From: a virus
Taxonomy: Duplodnaviria; Caudoviricetes
Virus record (IMG/VR): IMGVR_UViG_3300036793_000172
Span: 26,808 to 90,807 of that record
DNA length: 64,000 nucleotides
Reading direction: 5' to 3' (one strand)
The translations under genes and the position numbers were made by a program. The notes beneath the pieces were generated by a model, which saw only the letters and a program-made list of their open reading frames with translations, was not told where the DNA came from and did not search any database. Within the stretch, counting starts at the first letter, position 1; the number at the start of each line of letters is the position of its first letter. Of the stretch, positions 19,335 through 27,361 are shown one piece after another.

Positions 19335-20206
19335 GTAGTCGGCGGGCTGGTGGTGGGCGTCTGCTCGCACCGGAGGTACGTCGGGCCGGTCGGGTTGCCC
19401 AGTGCGTCGGTGTCCTGGTGCTGCTGGGCCGTGTAGCCGTCCGGGCACGTCGGTCCGGGCTGTCCCTGCGCGCCTTGCTGGCCGGTGGCACCCGTCGCTC
19501 CTGTGGCTCCGGTGTCGCCCTTCACGCCCTGCTGTCCCTGGGCGCCAGTCGCGCCGGTCGCACCCGTATCGCCCTTCACGCCCTGCCCCCCCGTATCACC
19601 TTTTGGGCCAGTCACCGGCGGAGGAATCAACGGTTTGATCAAGTCGGTGAGGTGTTGATCCGACGGGGGCGCGGGGATGAGCGGTTTGATGATCGCCAGA
19701 AGTTCTTCCGTCGTTGGCGTATGGCCGTTCTGCGGCGGATTCTCGGTGATAACCTGGCGAATGAGAGCACGTAGTTGATCGTCAGTAGGGGTAAGACCCG
19801 GGGTGCCGGAAGGGCCGACAGGGCCCGGGGCGGGAACGGTGGCGACCGGTTTCCCGCCCAGTGCACGCACCTGGTTCTCCAGGGCGTTGCCGTCTCCCTG
19901 CACCTTCGACAACTGGGCTTCGAGCGAGTTGATGTGGCTCTGGTTGTCGGCCGTGGTGCTCTGGATCGCCGTGGTGCGGGCGAACGAGAACACCACGGCG
20001 ATGATGAGAGCACCGAGGACCATCAAGCCAGCGATGCGCCAGCGGCGATCGGTGCGGTCCATCTTGCGCAGGTCGGCGTCACGTGCCTCGATCTGATCCA
20101 TCAGGTGCGCAGCACGAGCGCTGACGCGGTACCCGTCGTCACGTTCCACAACGGGGGAGAAGCGGCCGTCTTCCAGGCTTTCTGTCTCAGGTTCGGTGTG
20201 CCGCAT
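19331..20206 (-). CDS. Membrane-anchored coiled-coil protein with collagen-like repeats
   Basis: One TM segment, coiled coil, Gly-X-Y run ([22 protein letters not shown]...). Confidence 0.8.
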   Translation of the reverse strand: MRHTEPETESLEDGRFSPVVERDDGYRVSARAAHLMDQIEARDADLRKMDRTDRRWRIAGLMVLGALIIAVVFSFARTTAIQSTTADNQSHINSLEAQLSKVQGDGNALENQVRALGGKPVATVPAPGPVGPSGTPGLTPTDDQLRALIRQVITENPPQNGHTPTTEELLAIIKPLIPAPPSDQHLTDLIKPLIPPPVTGPKGDTGGQGVKGDTGATGATGAQGQQGVKGDTGATGATGATGQQGAQGQPGPTCPDGYTAQQHQDTDALGNPTGPTYLRCEQTPTTSPPTT

Positions 20207-20209
20207 GAT

Positions 20210-20560
20210 TTACTCCGGGACCACAGGGGCCCGTGGGGGGATCGGAATATCGTGTCGTACGAGCAGCCGTTCTAGTGTCGCACTCCAAGTGGCCTCCCGC
20301 TCATAAGCCTGTCGCATGACTTCTCGGTTCGTCCGGGCTTCCACGGCGTCGAGCCGGGCCTCCCGGGCGTCCTTCTGGGCTTCTTCGCGCTCGGCGAGCA
20401 TGCGCGCGTTGTCGTCTTTGAGGGCCTTATAGTCGTCCTGGCGTACTTCACGCAAGTGCAGGCGCTTCTGATTGCGTGCGTCGTAGATCGTCTTGAGGAG
20501 CGTTCCGCCGACGAGGGCGACGATCACACTGCCGATGATCTGCCAGACTTCAGGAGTCAT
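20210..20560 (-). CDS. Membrane protein (N-terminal TM plus coiled coil)
   Basis: MTPEVWQIIGSVIVALVGG. Confidence 0.7.
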   Translation of the reverse strand: MTPEVWQIIGSVIVALVGGTLLKTIYDARNQKRLHLREVRQDDYKALKDDNARMLAEREEAQKDAREARLDAVEARTNREVMRQAYEREATWSATLERLLVRHDIPIPPRAPVVPE

Positions 20561-20966
20561 CGCTATCATCACCCCCGTCGCGGAAAAGGTAATTGACAGT
20601 CCGGTAGCGCTCAAGCACCCAGCCGCCACTCGCCAAGATCAAACACACGATGACGATGGTTCCGGACACCGAGGCGACCTGGCTGGAGAACATCTTCCAG
20701 ACCAGCGCCGCCGCGTAGATGGTGGTGCCGCCCATGATCATCGGAAGCCCCAGTTGCTCGTAAAAGGGGCGATCAGTCGTCACGGCGATCAGCGAGAGCG
20801 CGCCGCCGATGACGAGAAAAGCAAACCTAATCGTGTTAGGCCATTCCGGGTCTGTGAACGTCGCGGAAGGCGGGGGAGAGATCAATCCCACGACCCCCGC
20901 CAAGATCAGCAAGACGTAAATGCCGCCCTGGATCCACCGCGACGCCCTGCCAACCCTGGTGATCAC
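20550..20966 (-). CDS. Multi-pass membrane protein (holin-like)
   Basis: About four hydrophobic segments in 138 aa. Confidence 0.65.
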   Translation of the reverse strand: MITRVGRASRWIQGGIYVLLILAGVVGLISPPPSATFTDPEWPNTIRFAFLVIGGALSLIAVTTDRPFYEQLGLPMIMGGTTIYAAALVWKMFSSQVASVSGTIVIVCLILASGGWVLERYRTVNYLFRDGGDDSDDS

Positions 20967-21128
20967 TTAATGCCCGAATCCAGTCACCCCGATGAGCAGA
21001 GCAACGGTGACGAGGATGACGGACAGTTGCAGCAGGATGTGGCGGCGGTACTCCGTGGTGTACCACAGGAGCAGGTCGAGACCCGCCAAAATCAGTGCGA
21101 CGATGACAAGAATATTTCCGATGGTCAT
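20967..21128 (-). CDS. Small two-TM membrane protein
   Basis: Not in the ORF track; MTIGNILVIVALILAGLDLLLW...GFGH, AGGAG SD. Confidence 0.65.
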   Translation of the reverse strand: MTIGNILVIVALILAGLDLLLWYTTEYRRHILLQLSVILVTVALLIGVTGFGH

Positions 21129-21140
21129 GACCATTCTCCT

Positions 21141-21560
21141 CTAACCGTTGATGGTCGGGAATTGTGCCAAGATGCCCTTTACCGCGACCTGGATGTCATC
21201 ATCGCTCAACTCGACGGTGGGGTCATCATTGAATTTCCGCATCAGGGCTTTGAACCCGACGAGGTGTTGGGGTGTGTCGTAGTCCTCGACGAAATCGTGC
21301 TGGTCGATCGTGTCCTGGACGACCTTCTTGTCCAGCGTGTTCGGCATGACCCACAGCGTGCCGTCAGTGGAGAACGGCACCTCGGTCACGAGCGTCGCCA
21401 TGCAGTTCTCGCCAGCGGCCTTGCTCAGCTCGCTCTGGAACTGCACGAGGCCGATCTTCTTGTCGACCTCGAAGCTCAGCGCACCGGGCCACGGCTCGTA
21501 AGGCTGATCGGCGTCGGCTGCCTGCGGGGCCTCTTCCGGCTCCGTTTCCACGCTGCTCAT
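21141..21560 (-). CDS. Hypothetical protein
   Basis: 139 aa, GGGAG SD. Confidence 0.7.
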   Translation of the reverse strand: MSSVETEPEEAPQAADADQPYEPWPGALSFEVDKKIGLVQFQSELSKAAGENCMATLVTEVPFSTDGTLWVMPNTLDKKVVQDTIDQHDFVEDYDTPQHLVGFKALMRKFNDDPTVELSDDDIQVAVKGILAQFPTING

Positions 21561-21571
21561 ATTTCTCCCTA

Positions 21572-24500
21572 TTACATAAACAGTTCTTCAGGGTCCTCGG
21601 AATCCATTCCAAGGGCCTTACTGAGGGCTTCGTAGTGGGTGCCCTCGATCTTGAGATCGCCGAAGTTGCGGGCTCGGGCGCCGTCGCGGGCACCCTCGTT
21701 GATCAGGTCCTGCTGCTCGGCGAAGTCGAAGTCACGCAGGGCGGACTTCTGCAAACCCTTGTCCTGTGCCAAGTAGGCCCGCGCCGAGGCGGTGAAGTCG
21801 AAGCTCACGTCGTTCCCTTCCTGCTTCGCCGGGGTGGCCCCGGTCATGATCCCTTGCGCGGCGGCCGTGGCCTGGAAGCTGGCCACGATGTCGCCGACCG
21901 AGCCGGTGAACTGGTTCGGTGTGGCCGAGCCCTCGTCGGCGTCGATCGAGGAGGCGGTCTCCGGCGGCTGGTACTGCGCGATCGGGTTGTCCGGCACCGG
22001 GTCCTCGGCGCCACCGTCCGTGGACGGCAGTGCGGGCTCCGGCTCCTCGTGCAAGGTCCCGTAGTAGCCCATGGAGTCGTAGGAGTCCGACGAGAGCAGG
22101 TTGGTCGGCACCTCGTCCTCGTTGTTCCAGCTCTTCGGGTCCTCGCTGGTGGCGAAGCCGGTCGAGCCGGGGTTCTGCGAGTTCGAGTGCAGGGGCGCGG
22201 CGTAGGGGAAACCGGGCTGGTCGTCCTCGCCCTGCAACGGCGACCACGAGTCGTGCGCGGCCGTCTTCTGCTCACCCGCCTTGGCGATCTCGTTCCACGG
22301 CGCCGACTTCATTTCCTTACGGAGCGCAGGGTTTTTCTTCGCGTGGTCGATGTCCCACCACGCGGCCTGCTCGTGGCAGTCGCCCTTGGGGTCGTCCGGG
22401 TTGGGGATGACCCTGCCATCCTTCATGGACAAGTCCTTTTCGGACGGGATAACCACCACGTGGCCTTGGTACACACCGTTCGGGGAAGTCCAGGTGTGGT
22501 GGACCACGCCGCCCTCGGGGAACTTCTGGCCGACCTCCTCTTCCCACTCGCGGACGGCCGCGTGCAGGCTCGTGGTGTCGCCCTCCTCGTGGTGACCGCC
22601 GGGCAGCTCCCACGTGCCGCGCGCCGGGTCCTTCTCGTCGTCGAGCCCGCGCTGGAGCATGAGGATGCGGCCCGTGTCGGCGGCCTTCAGTGCGACGCCG
22701 GAGACGGTGGGGCCGTCCTTCTTGGCCGCGAGCACCGGGCCCAGCTCGTCAACGTCCACCAGACCCATCTCGTCATCGAGGCCTCCGGTGTGCAACGAAC
22801 TGGTGTCGGAGATGCCGCCGGACATCATCGGGCCCATGTCCGGGTTCTGATCCGAGACCGGGTCGGCCGTGTGCCCTTGACCGTCCTCGGCGACCTGTCC
22901 CGTGCCGCCGCAGTGGCCGCAGCCCCAACCGGCGCACTGCGGGCAGTTGGTAAGCGGCAGCCCGATCCAGGAGGGGATGCCGTAGCCGAAGTCGGGCGCG
23001 TGCCGCCGGGTGTCGTTGGTCTTGTGGTGCTTGCGCCGTTCGTCGTCGATGACCGAGCCGATGAAGCCGATGGCGTGGCCACAGTGCGAGCACTTGTGCT
23101 TCTCGATGGCCTCTTCGGTCAGCGTGCCGCCGCAGTACGGGCACTTGCGGCGGTGCTCTTCGTCCTCTTCCTCGGCGACCATCTGCAAAGCGGCCGAGTG
23201 CGTGAGCCCGTACGCCATAAGGATCTTCATGACATCGGCGGGATCGTCGTCGTTGTCGAGCATCGCGCTCGCGATCGTCGACAAGGGACTGTCGGAGATG
23301 CCGGGCACCTCGTCCGGCTCGTGCGCCTCGCCGAAGACGAGAGCCCCGAGCTTGATCTCCCGGCCGAACATGCCCCGGCTCTGCGCCTCGTACATCAGCG
23401 CGAGCGAGTGCGAGCACTGGCGGCCGTGGAACCGCAGCCGGTCCCAGGCCCAGTCGCCCCACTTGCAGTCGCACGACCAGTCAGCGATCTTGAAGGTGCC
23501 GGGCCGGTAGGTGATGTAGTTCTGGTACGCGCCGTGGTCGCCCTGGACCTCACCGGCCAGCCCCTCGGTGGTGGCGACCTTGATGTTCACCTTGCCCTCG
23601 CGGCGGATGCGCTTGGCCTTGTTGCGCACGTCCGTCCAGCTCGCGACGACCTGGAACCGGAACTCCTCGTCCTTGCGGGCGGTGCGCAGCATCAGGGCCG
23701 CTGCCTCAGGTGCGATCTGAGGCCTTTGCGACCGTCCCCGACGTGCGTAGTCGTCCATTGCCTTCTGACGACGCTCCTGGCGCTCCTCGGGTGTCTCCTG
23801 GGGCTTCTGCTGCTTCGGGGCACGCGGAGGGGACGGGTACGGGCAGTACCTGTCCGTGCAGTACTTGGTCTTGACGCCGTCCGGATGGTCGGTGGTCTCC
23901 AGGTGCTCCCTGATCTGGCTCTTGAGGAACTGCCGGTTCTCCTCGTGCTGGCGGGCCAGCTCCTCATCGGACACCGCATCGGCGTGACCGGAGCCGCCGC
24001 AGGCCTCACACGTTTCCCGGCGCATCCGGTAGGCGTCCGGGTCCTCCTCCGGGTGAACGCCCGGCTTCTCCTGGTAGTCCGGGTTCTCTTCTTCAATGTC
24101 GTAGTGGCCGTTGCCCTCGCACTCCGGGCACGGACCGGCGGGGATCGCGCTCTCGTGCCGCAGCGACGCGCGGTAGAAGGTGCTCTCCGCCAGGTTCCGT
24201 TGCAGCTGCGTCGGCCGGTAGAGGTCCTTCTTGTCGGCGTTGTCCGGGTGGTCGAGGTCGAGCTTCGGGTCGCCCGGGTCCTGGTAGCTGTTCCACCACT
24301 TCTGCCCGGCTGGCGACCGGCCGCCGTGGTCGAACATGTGGGTCGGGTGCTGACGCCGCAGCTCGTCCTGCATGGCGCTGCCGTAGCCCTTGCCCCGGCT
24401 CTCCTCGTCATAGACCTTCATGTCGTGGATGGCCAGGGCCGGGTGGGCTGGGTCGCCGGGCTTGGTCTTGGAGTAGTAGATCGTCCCCGCGACTCCGGAC

Positions 24501-26167
24501 CCGTGATTGGGCCCCTGATGCGGACCGTTGTGGATCTTGAAGAGGTGGTGCGACCAGCCCGGGTGAGTCTCTTCGCCTTCCTCGTGCCAGGGGTCGGCAC
24601 GGCCCTCCCAGACCGGGTGGTCGTTGCCGGGTCCCACGGCGTTGTAAGTGGTGAAGTCGACCCCCGTGGGCGGCTCGGGGTGATTGCGCGACGGCATGGC
24701 GAGCTTCGAGCTGAGTTGACCGTCCATTTTGGATCCCTTGGCGCTCATCAAGGCTTGTGGACCCGGCTCGGAGATCGGGCACACCTGCTGCTCCCACCGG
24801 GTTGTCCATGGGCACGCACCACGGTTCTGAGGGACAGCCAACAGCGTGTTGTTGCGGTCGTTCGGGAAGGTGCACTGCGCCATGCGGCGCCACGTGCACC
24901 AGTCGGGTCCATCGCTTGCTGCCGTCCGGCTGGTACCCGCGTCCCGGGACATCTCGGTCAGCGTGCACACGCCGTCGTCGTGGTGGCGGATCGCGTGATC
25001 GCGGTCGTGGTCCGGGAAGTCGCAATCGGTCGCCATCCCATACCGGGCGCCGTGCTTCTGCAACGTGCCGTGCACGTCGTAACCGGTGTCCTCGTCGTAG
25101 TGCGGGAAACCGTGCTTGTCCGCATCGTAGACGAGCGCCTGCACGGGTTCCTTACGCAGCAACGCGGACGCGGTGCGGTGGTGGCCTTCGACGGCGAAGA
25201 GGTTGTTCTCGTGCTTGACGAACATCGGGTGGTGCGTGCCGGGGTAGCTCTGCCCGACCTCGGTGACGCCGTGCTCTTTCACGTGCTGCACATCATCGCC
25301 GGGGTTCTGCACGTACCTGTTCACATGCTTGTCCACCACGTACGGCTGGGTCGCGTACACGTGGTGCTTGGACAAGTCGACATTCCGGACTTCGCCCCTG
25401 TCGCGCCAATCCTGGTAATCGTTCTCGTTGTGGTTGGACAGCATGTGGTAGAGGCCCTCGTGATGAGCGACCGGCTTGATGTCGTTTTCCTTATCCTGCT
25501 TGGCTTTCTCGTACGCCTCGCCGTGGCGCTCGTGGTATCCCGAGGGGTAGTCGTCGTAGTCCTCGTAATGCCCGCGCTCGTACGTGTTCGGATCCGGTGC
25601 CGTGTCGTCCCACAGGTTCTCGTCGAAGCCGCCCTCGGGATGGCGACTGCCGTACAGGGCCCGGTCCTCTTCCTTGTGAAACTCGTGCTGACCCTCGTAG
25701 CCCTCGACGTAACCGGCGAAGCCAGCGTGCTTCACCGGCGTCAGCGTGTGCAGACGGCTGAAGTGCTGCTCGCCGGTGCGGTGGTCGTGGCCGAACCGGG
25801 TCAGCAGCGCGTGCGTCTCCGGGTCGGTGAGCTTCGAGATGCGGTCGTTGTTCGGCCGGGCAAGCGGGTCGTACACGGTCGCACCCGCGCCGCCGACGCC
25901 GCCGGAGCGGGGGTCGGCGTCCGGCTTCGGGTGGTTCGAGGGGTCGCCGATCAGCTCCGGCGTCCACTGTGCGCCGTCGTGCGCGGACATGGTGCCGCCG
26001 CACGCGGTGCACGTTGCCTGCCGGACCTTGCCGTTATCGGTCAGGTCGGTGAAGTCGTTCGCTCCGCAGTAGGAGCACGACGCGGGCTGCTCCTTGTTCG
26101 GCAGGACGGCCTCGGCTGGACCCGTGTTGTCCTGCTCCAACGCGAACTTGCGGAAGTTGAAGCCCAT
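21572..26167 (-). CDS. Polyvalent head-region protein (ParB-like, GNAT, Zn fingers, SWIM, NUDIX)
   Basis: VEGHHR (about 25180), RGKGYG (about 24390), CDCKW...CSHSL (about 23410-23475), GGHHEEGD...AAVREWEEEVG (about 22530-22605). Confidence 0.85.
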   Translation of the reverse strand: MGFNFRKFALEQDNTGPAEAVLPNKEQPASCSYCGANDFTDLTDNGKVRQATCTACGGTMSAHDGAQWTPELIGDPSNHPKPDADPRSGGVGGAGATVYDPLARPNNDRISKLTDPETHALLTRFGHDHRTGEQHFSRLHTLTPVKHAGFAGYVEGYEGQHEFHKEEDRALYGSRHPEGGFDENLWDDTAPDPNTYERGHYEDYDDYPSGYHERHGEAYEKAKQDKENDIKPVAHHEGLYHMLSNHNENDYQDWRDRGEVRNVDLSKHHVYATQPYVVDKHVNRYVQNPGDDVQHVKEHGVTEVGQSYPGTHHPMFVKHENNLFAVEGHHRTASALLRKEPVQALVYDADKHGFPHYDEDTGYDVHGTLQKHGARYGMATDCDFPDHDRDHAIRHHDDGVCTLTEMSRDAGTSRTAASDGPDWCTWRRMAQCTFPNDRNNTLLAVPQNRGACPWTTRWEQQVCPISEPGPQALMSAKGSKMDGQLSSKLAMPSRNHPEPPTGVDFTTYNAVGPGNDHPVWEGRADPWHEEGEETHPGWSHHLFKIHNGPHQGPNHGSGVAGTIYYSKTKPGDPAHPALAIHDMKVYDEESRGKGYGSAMQDELRRQHPTHMFDHGGRSPAGQKWWNSYQDPGDPKLDLDHPDNADKKDLYRPTQLQRNLAESTFYRASLRHESAIPAGPCPECEGNGHYDIEEENPDYQEKPGVHPEEDPDAYRMRRETCEACGGSGHADAVSDEELARQHEENRQFLKSQIREHLETTDHPDGVKTKYCTDRYCPYPSPPRAPKQQKPQETPEERQERRQKAMDDYARRGRSQRPQIAPEAAALMLRTARKDEEFRFQVVASWTDVRNKAKRIRREGKVNIKVATTEGLAGEVQGDHGAYQNYITYRPGTFKIADWSCDCKWGDWAWDRLRFHGRQCSHSLALMYEAQSRGMFGREIKLGALVFGEAHEPDEVPGISDSPLSTIASAMLDNDDDPADVMKILMAYGLTHSAALQMVAEEEDEEHRRKCPYCGGTLTEEAIEKHKCSHCGHAIGFIGSVIDDERRKHHKTNDTRRHAPDFGYGIPSWIGLPLTNCPQCAGWGCGHCGGTGQVAEDGQGHTADPVSDQNPDMGPMMSGGISDTSSLHTGGLDDEMGLVDVDELGPVLAAKKDGPTVSGVALKAADTGRILMLQRGLDDEKDPARGTWELPGGHHEEGDTTSLHAAVREWEEEVGQKFPEGGVVHHTWTSPNGVYQGHVVVIPSEKDLSMKDGRVIPNPDDPKGDCHEQAAWWDIDHAKKNPALRKEMKSAPWNEIAKAGEQKTAAHDSWSPLQGEDDQPGFPYAAPLHSNSQNPGSTGFATSEDPKSWNNEDEVPTNLLSSDSYDSMGYYGTLHEEPEPALPSTDGGAEDPVPDNPIAQYQPPETASSIDADEGSATPNQFTGSVGDIVASFQATAAAQGIMTGATPAKQEGNDVSFDFTASARAYLAQDKGLQKSALRDFDFAEQQDLINEGARDGARARNFGDLKIEGTHYEALSKALGMDSEDPEELFM

Positions 26168-26168
26168 C

Positions 26169-27086
26169 TCAGAAGGCCTTCTCGGGGAACCGGTGTGTTG
26201 CTAGACTACACACATGATCAACCTTGCCAAGGTCGGCAGCCGTGGCCCCCGGAAGTCGATCGAGGACCGCTTCTGGAGCAAGGTGACTCGCGCAGGTGAG
26301 ACAGATTGCTGGCTGTGGACCGGTGCGACTACCCGCCTCGGATACGGCAATTTTTGGGATGGCACCTACACCGCCCGAGGTCGCCCACGCATGGTCGAGG
26401 CTCACCGCTGGGCCTACTCCCACTTCGTGGTTCCGCCCGGCGAGATGCACGTGCGACACGCCTGCGACGTTCGTGCCTGCGTGAACTTCACGGCACACCT
26501 GCTGCTGGGGACGATCGGAGATAACATTCGCGATCGCGAGGAGCGAGGACGCGGGGTAATCCCTGACAACCGAGGCTTTGCCCGAGGCAAGGGCGCGAAG
26601 CTCACTGCGGATCAAGTCCGCGCCATCCGCGCCGCCAGCACCGGCGCTTGGGGTGAGCAAGGCCGATTGGCGACGGAGTTCGGAGTTTCCCGCCAGATGA
26701 TCGGAAGCATCCTCAGCGGGCGACGCTGGGTTGAGTGATGCCCGGACCTGACGAGCAGGATCGGGACGATCGAACAACACGGTTCCGAGTTCTTCATAGT
26801 CGTCCGACGCGAGATGATGCTCGCTCGCGGTCGTCTGCGCGGCCGTACTCAGCTGGGACGCGACGTAGGAGCCGCCGCCCATGCCGTCGTCGAGCACGAC
26901 CTGGTACTCCTCGGCCCCGGGCCACGGTCCGTCGAACACCGCCTCGACGGTGCCGAGGATGCCGTCAACGGTCATCACCCGCTGCGTCGGCTTGAAGTCC
27001 CAGTAGTCTTCCGAACTCACTCCACCGGTCTTCTGCACGCCGAGAGTGTCGTGGGCGATCCGGGTGTGCCGACCGCTGAAGTTCAT
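26169..27086 (-). CDS. SH3/KOW-like head-region protein whose frame stays open through the antisense HNH gene
   Basis: ATG after GAGGAGG; QRVMTVDGILGTVEAV...YQVVLDDG; stop 1 nt before ATG of the polyvalent gene. Confidence 0.7.
   Translation of the reverse strand: MNFSGRHTRIAHDTLGVQKTGGVSSEDYWDFKPTQRVMTVDGILGTVEAVFDGPWPGAEEYQVVLDDGMGGGSYVASQLSTAAQTTASEHHLASDDYEELGTVLFDRPDPARQVRASLNPASPAEDASDHLAGNSELRRQSALLTPSAGAGGADGADLIRSELRALASGKASVVRDYPASSLLAIANVISDRPQQQVCREVHAGTNVAGVSHVHLAGRNHEVGVGPAVSLDHAWATSGGVGAIPKIAVSEAGSRTGPQPAICLTCASHLAPEAVLDRLPGATAADLGKVDHVCSLATHRFPEKAF
26199..26216 (+). promoter_or_regulatory. Leaderless promoter of the HNH gene
   Basis: TG-C-TAGACT extended -10, 6 nt before ATG; no SD; GTGTGT/ACACAC inverted repeat flanks the -10. 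Confidence 0.6.
26214..26738 (+). CDS. HNH homing endonuclease with C-terminal HTH
   Basis: RFWSKV...CWLWTGA...GYG...AHRWAY...VRHACDVRACVN...HLLLGT..DN. Confidence 0.9.
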   Translation: MINLAKVGSRGPRKSIEDRFWSKVTRAGETDCWLWTGATTRLGYGNFWDGTYTARGRPRMVEAHRWAYSHFVVPPGEMHVRHACDVRACVNFTAHLLLGTIGDNIRDREERGRGVIPDNRGFARGKGAKLTADQVRAIRAASTGAWGEQGRLATEFGVSRQMIGSILSGRRWVE

Positions 27087-27124
27087 GGCTGCCTCCTCGC
27101 TTCTTAGATCGGCATTTCCGGGTC

Positions 27125-27361
27125 TCAGGCAGGCCCTGCGCAACCTTTCTCGTCCTCGACGGCATCCACTACCGCCTGGGCGAGATCGATCGTGAACTGG
27201 ACCGGCTTGCCCAGCAGCGAGCGGGAGGTCACGCAGACCTCGATGCCCGCGCGGAGGATGTCCCGCACGGGTCCGCGCAGTGTGGCCGGTTCGATCACGT
27301 CGAGGTGCGCCAGGGCCGCCGACATCAGCGACGAGGCGCTGCGTGGGGAGTGCTCGTTCAT
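27125..27361 (-). CDS. Hypothetical protein
   Basis: 78 aa, ATGA overlap with the portal stop. Confidence 0.65.
   Translation of the reverse strand: MNEHSPRSASSLMSAALAHLDVIEPATLRGPVRDILRAGIEVCVTSRSLLGKPVQFTIDLAQAVVDAVEDEKGCAGPA

Noticed and set aside
19420-19610. Direct repeats as a possible array or variable region
   Set aside because: Explained by collagen Gly-X-Y coding repeats
21635-26299. 1554-aa plus-strand ORF, and similar long ORFs at 29790-31814, 33111-35522, 44295-46604 and 61266-63128
   Set aside because: Antisense shadows of well-supported minus-strand genes; Val/Arg/Leu-rich, no motifs, expected at high GC3
26172-26740. Group I intron carrying the HNH
   Set aside because: The HNH is antisense to the host gene, has its own promoter, and no intron core elements or splice junctions were recognisable
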